Of a stretch of 64,000 nucleotides of DNA, positions 63,522-64,000 are shown piece after piece. The notes below the pieces were generated by a model that saw only the letters and a list, made by a program, of their open reading frames with translations, was not told where the DNA came from and did no database searches. Position 1 is the stretch's first letter. Every line of letters begins with the position of its first letter. The translations under genes and the position numbers were made by a program. Location: positions 23,611 through 87,610 of IMG/VR virus record IMGVR_UViG_3300032265_000877; one strand, written 5' to 3'. Source of the stretch: a virus.

Positions 63522-63887
63522 ATGGAAAATGACAATGTTGAGGCGTTACGCGCCTTAATTATGCAGGTAATACAAGATCTACCAGCACCTGCGCCTGTTC
63601 AGGTTCAGCCCCGCACTTATGTTAAGACTAACGTTCGTGTCCAGAACCTAATGCAGGAAATCGTTGAGAATGATGTAATCTACAAAGAAGCGATAAATAC
63701 ACGCAAGCAGGCAGAAGTTGCTGCCGCAAGTGCTCGCGCTCGTATCGAAGAACTTCTAATAGAGTCACGCAAACTCAAAGTCCCACAAGCCTTAATTGGA
63801 GAAGCCTTAGGTATCTCTAGTGGCTCTGTGTCTAGCCGTATGGCAACCGCGCGCAAGTCTGTGCGTAACCGCAAGAAAACTAAATAA
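63522..63887 (+). CDS. HTH DNA-binding protein
   Basis: PQALIGEALGISSGSVSSRM helix-turn-helix; GGGAGG RBS. Confidence 0.75.
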   Translation: MENDNVEALRALIMQVIQDLPAPAPVQVQPRTYVKTNVRVQNLMQEIVENDVIYKEAINTRKQAEVAAASARARIEELLIESRKLKVPQALIGEALGISSGSVSSRMATARKSVRNRKKTK

Positions 63888-64000
63888 CGACCAGCCAAGT
63901 TTCTGGGGCTATCCGTAGCAAGCGTGCCTGTCCACGCCAAGAGCCGTAATTGCCCCAGTAAAGCGGAAAGGTATGGTCACCACCCGCTAAGTAGCCCCGC

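Noticed and set aside
1-64000. Alternative genetic code or stop-codon recoding
   Set aside because: Core genes are intact in code 11 and TAA, TAG and TGA all serve as stops

Overview
A 64-kb segment of a lytic-looking, contractile-tailed (myovirus-type) dsDNA phage. The host is very probably an actinobacterium, given the WhiB gene, SigH/SigR-like ECF sigma factor, actinobacterial SLT protein and leaderless genes. Almost everything from 1 to 60.5 kb is on the minus strand. In + coordinates it holds a replication module (SNF2 helicase, dNMP kinase, primase, DnaB, DnaC-like loader, initiator), baseplate/tape measure/tube/sheath genes and a run of tiny Lys-rich proteins. It continues with a large modular fibre/adhesin region containing a glycan-modification insert, the head genes (MCP, scaffold, portal, TerL), lysis genes, and a cluster of small basic or tagged proteins including an ADP-ribosyltransferase-like ORF. 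From about 60.7 kb a divergent plus-strand early-type region begins. The most striking signal is there: four exact GGAAT-N18-GTT ECF promoters, three preceded by 11-bp-phased CTGA(G/T)A / TCTCAG repeats matching the mycobacterial MprA box. The first of these promoters drives the phage's own ECF sigma factor, suggesting the phage plugs its early transcription into the host envelope-stress circuit. Other highlights are a +1 UUU_CG frameshift candidate in the tail chaperone, a shared N-terminal RSEGQW tag, a split fibre motif suggesting daisy-chain assembly, and a candidate anti-SD sRNA. All assignments come from motif recognition by eye; no database searches were run.
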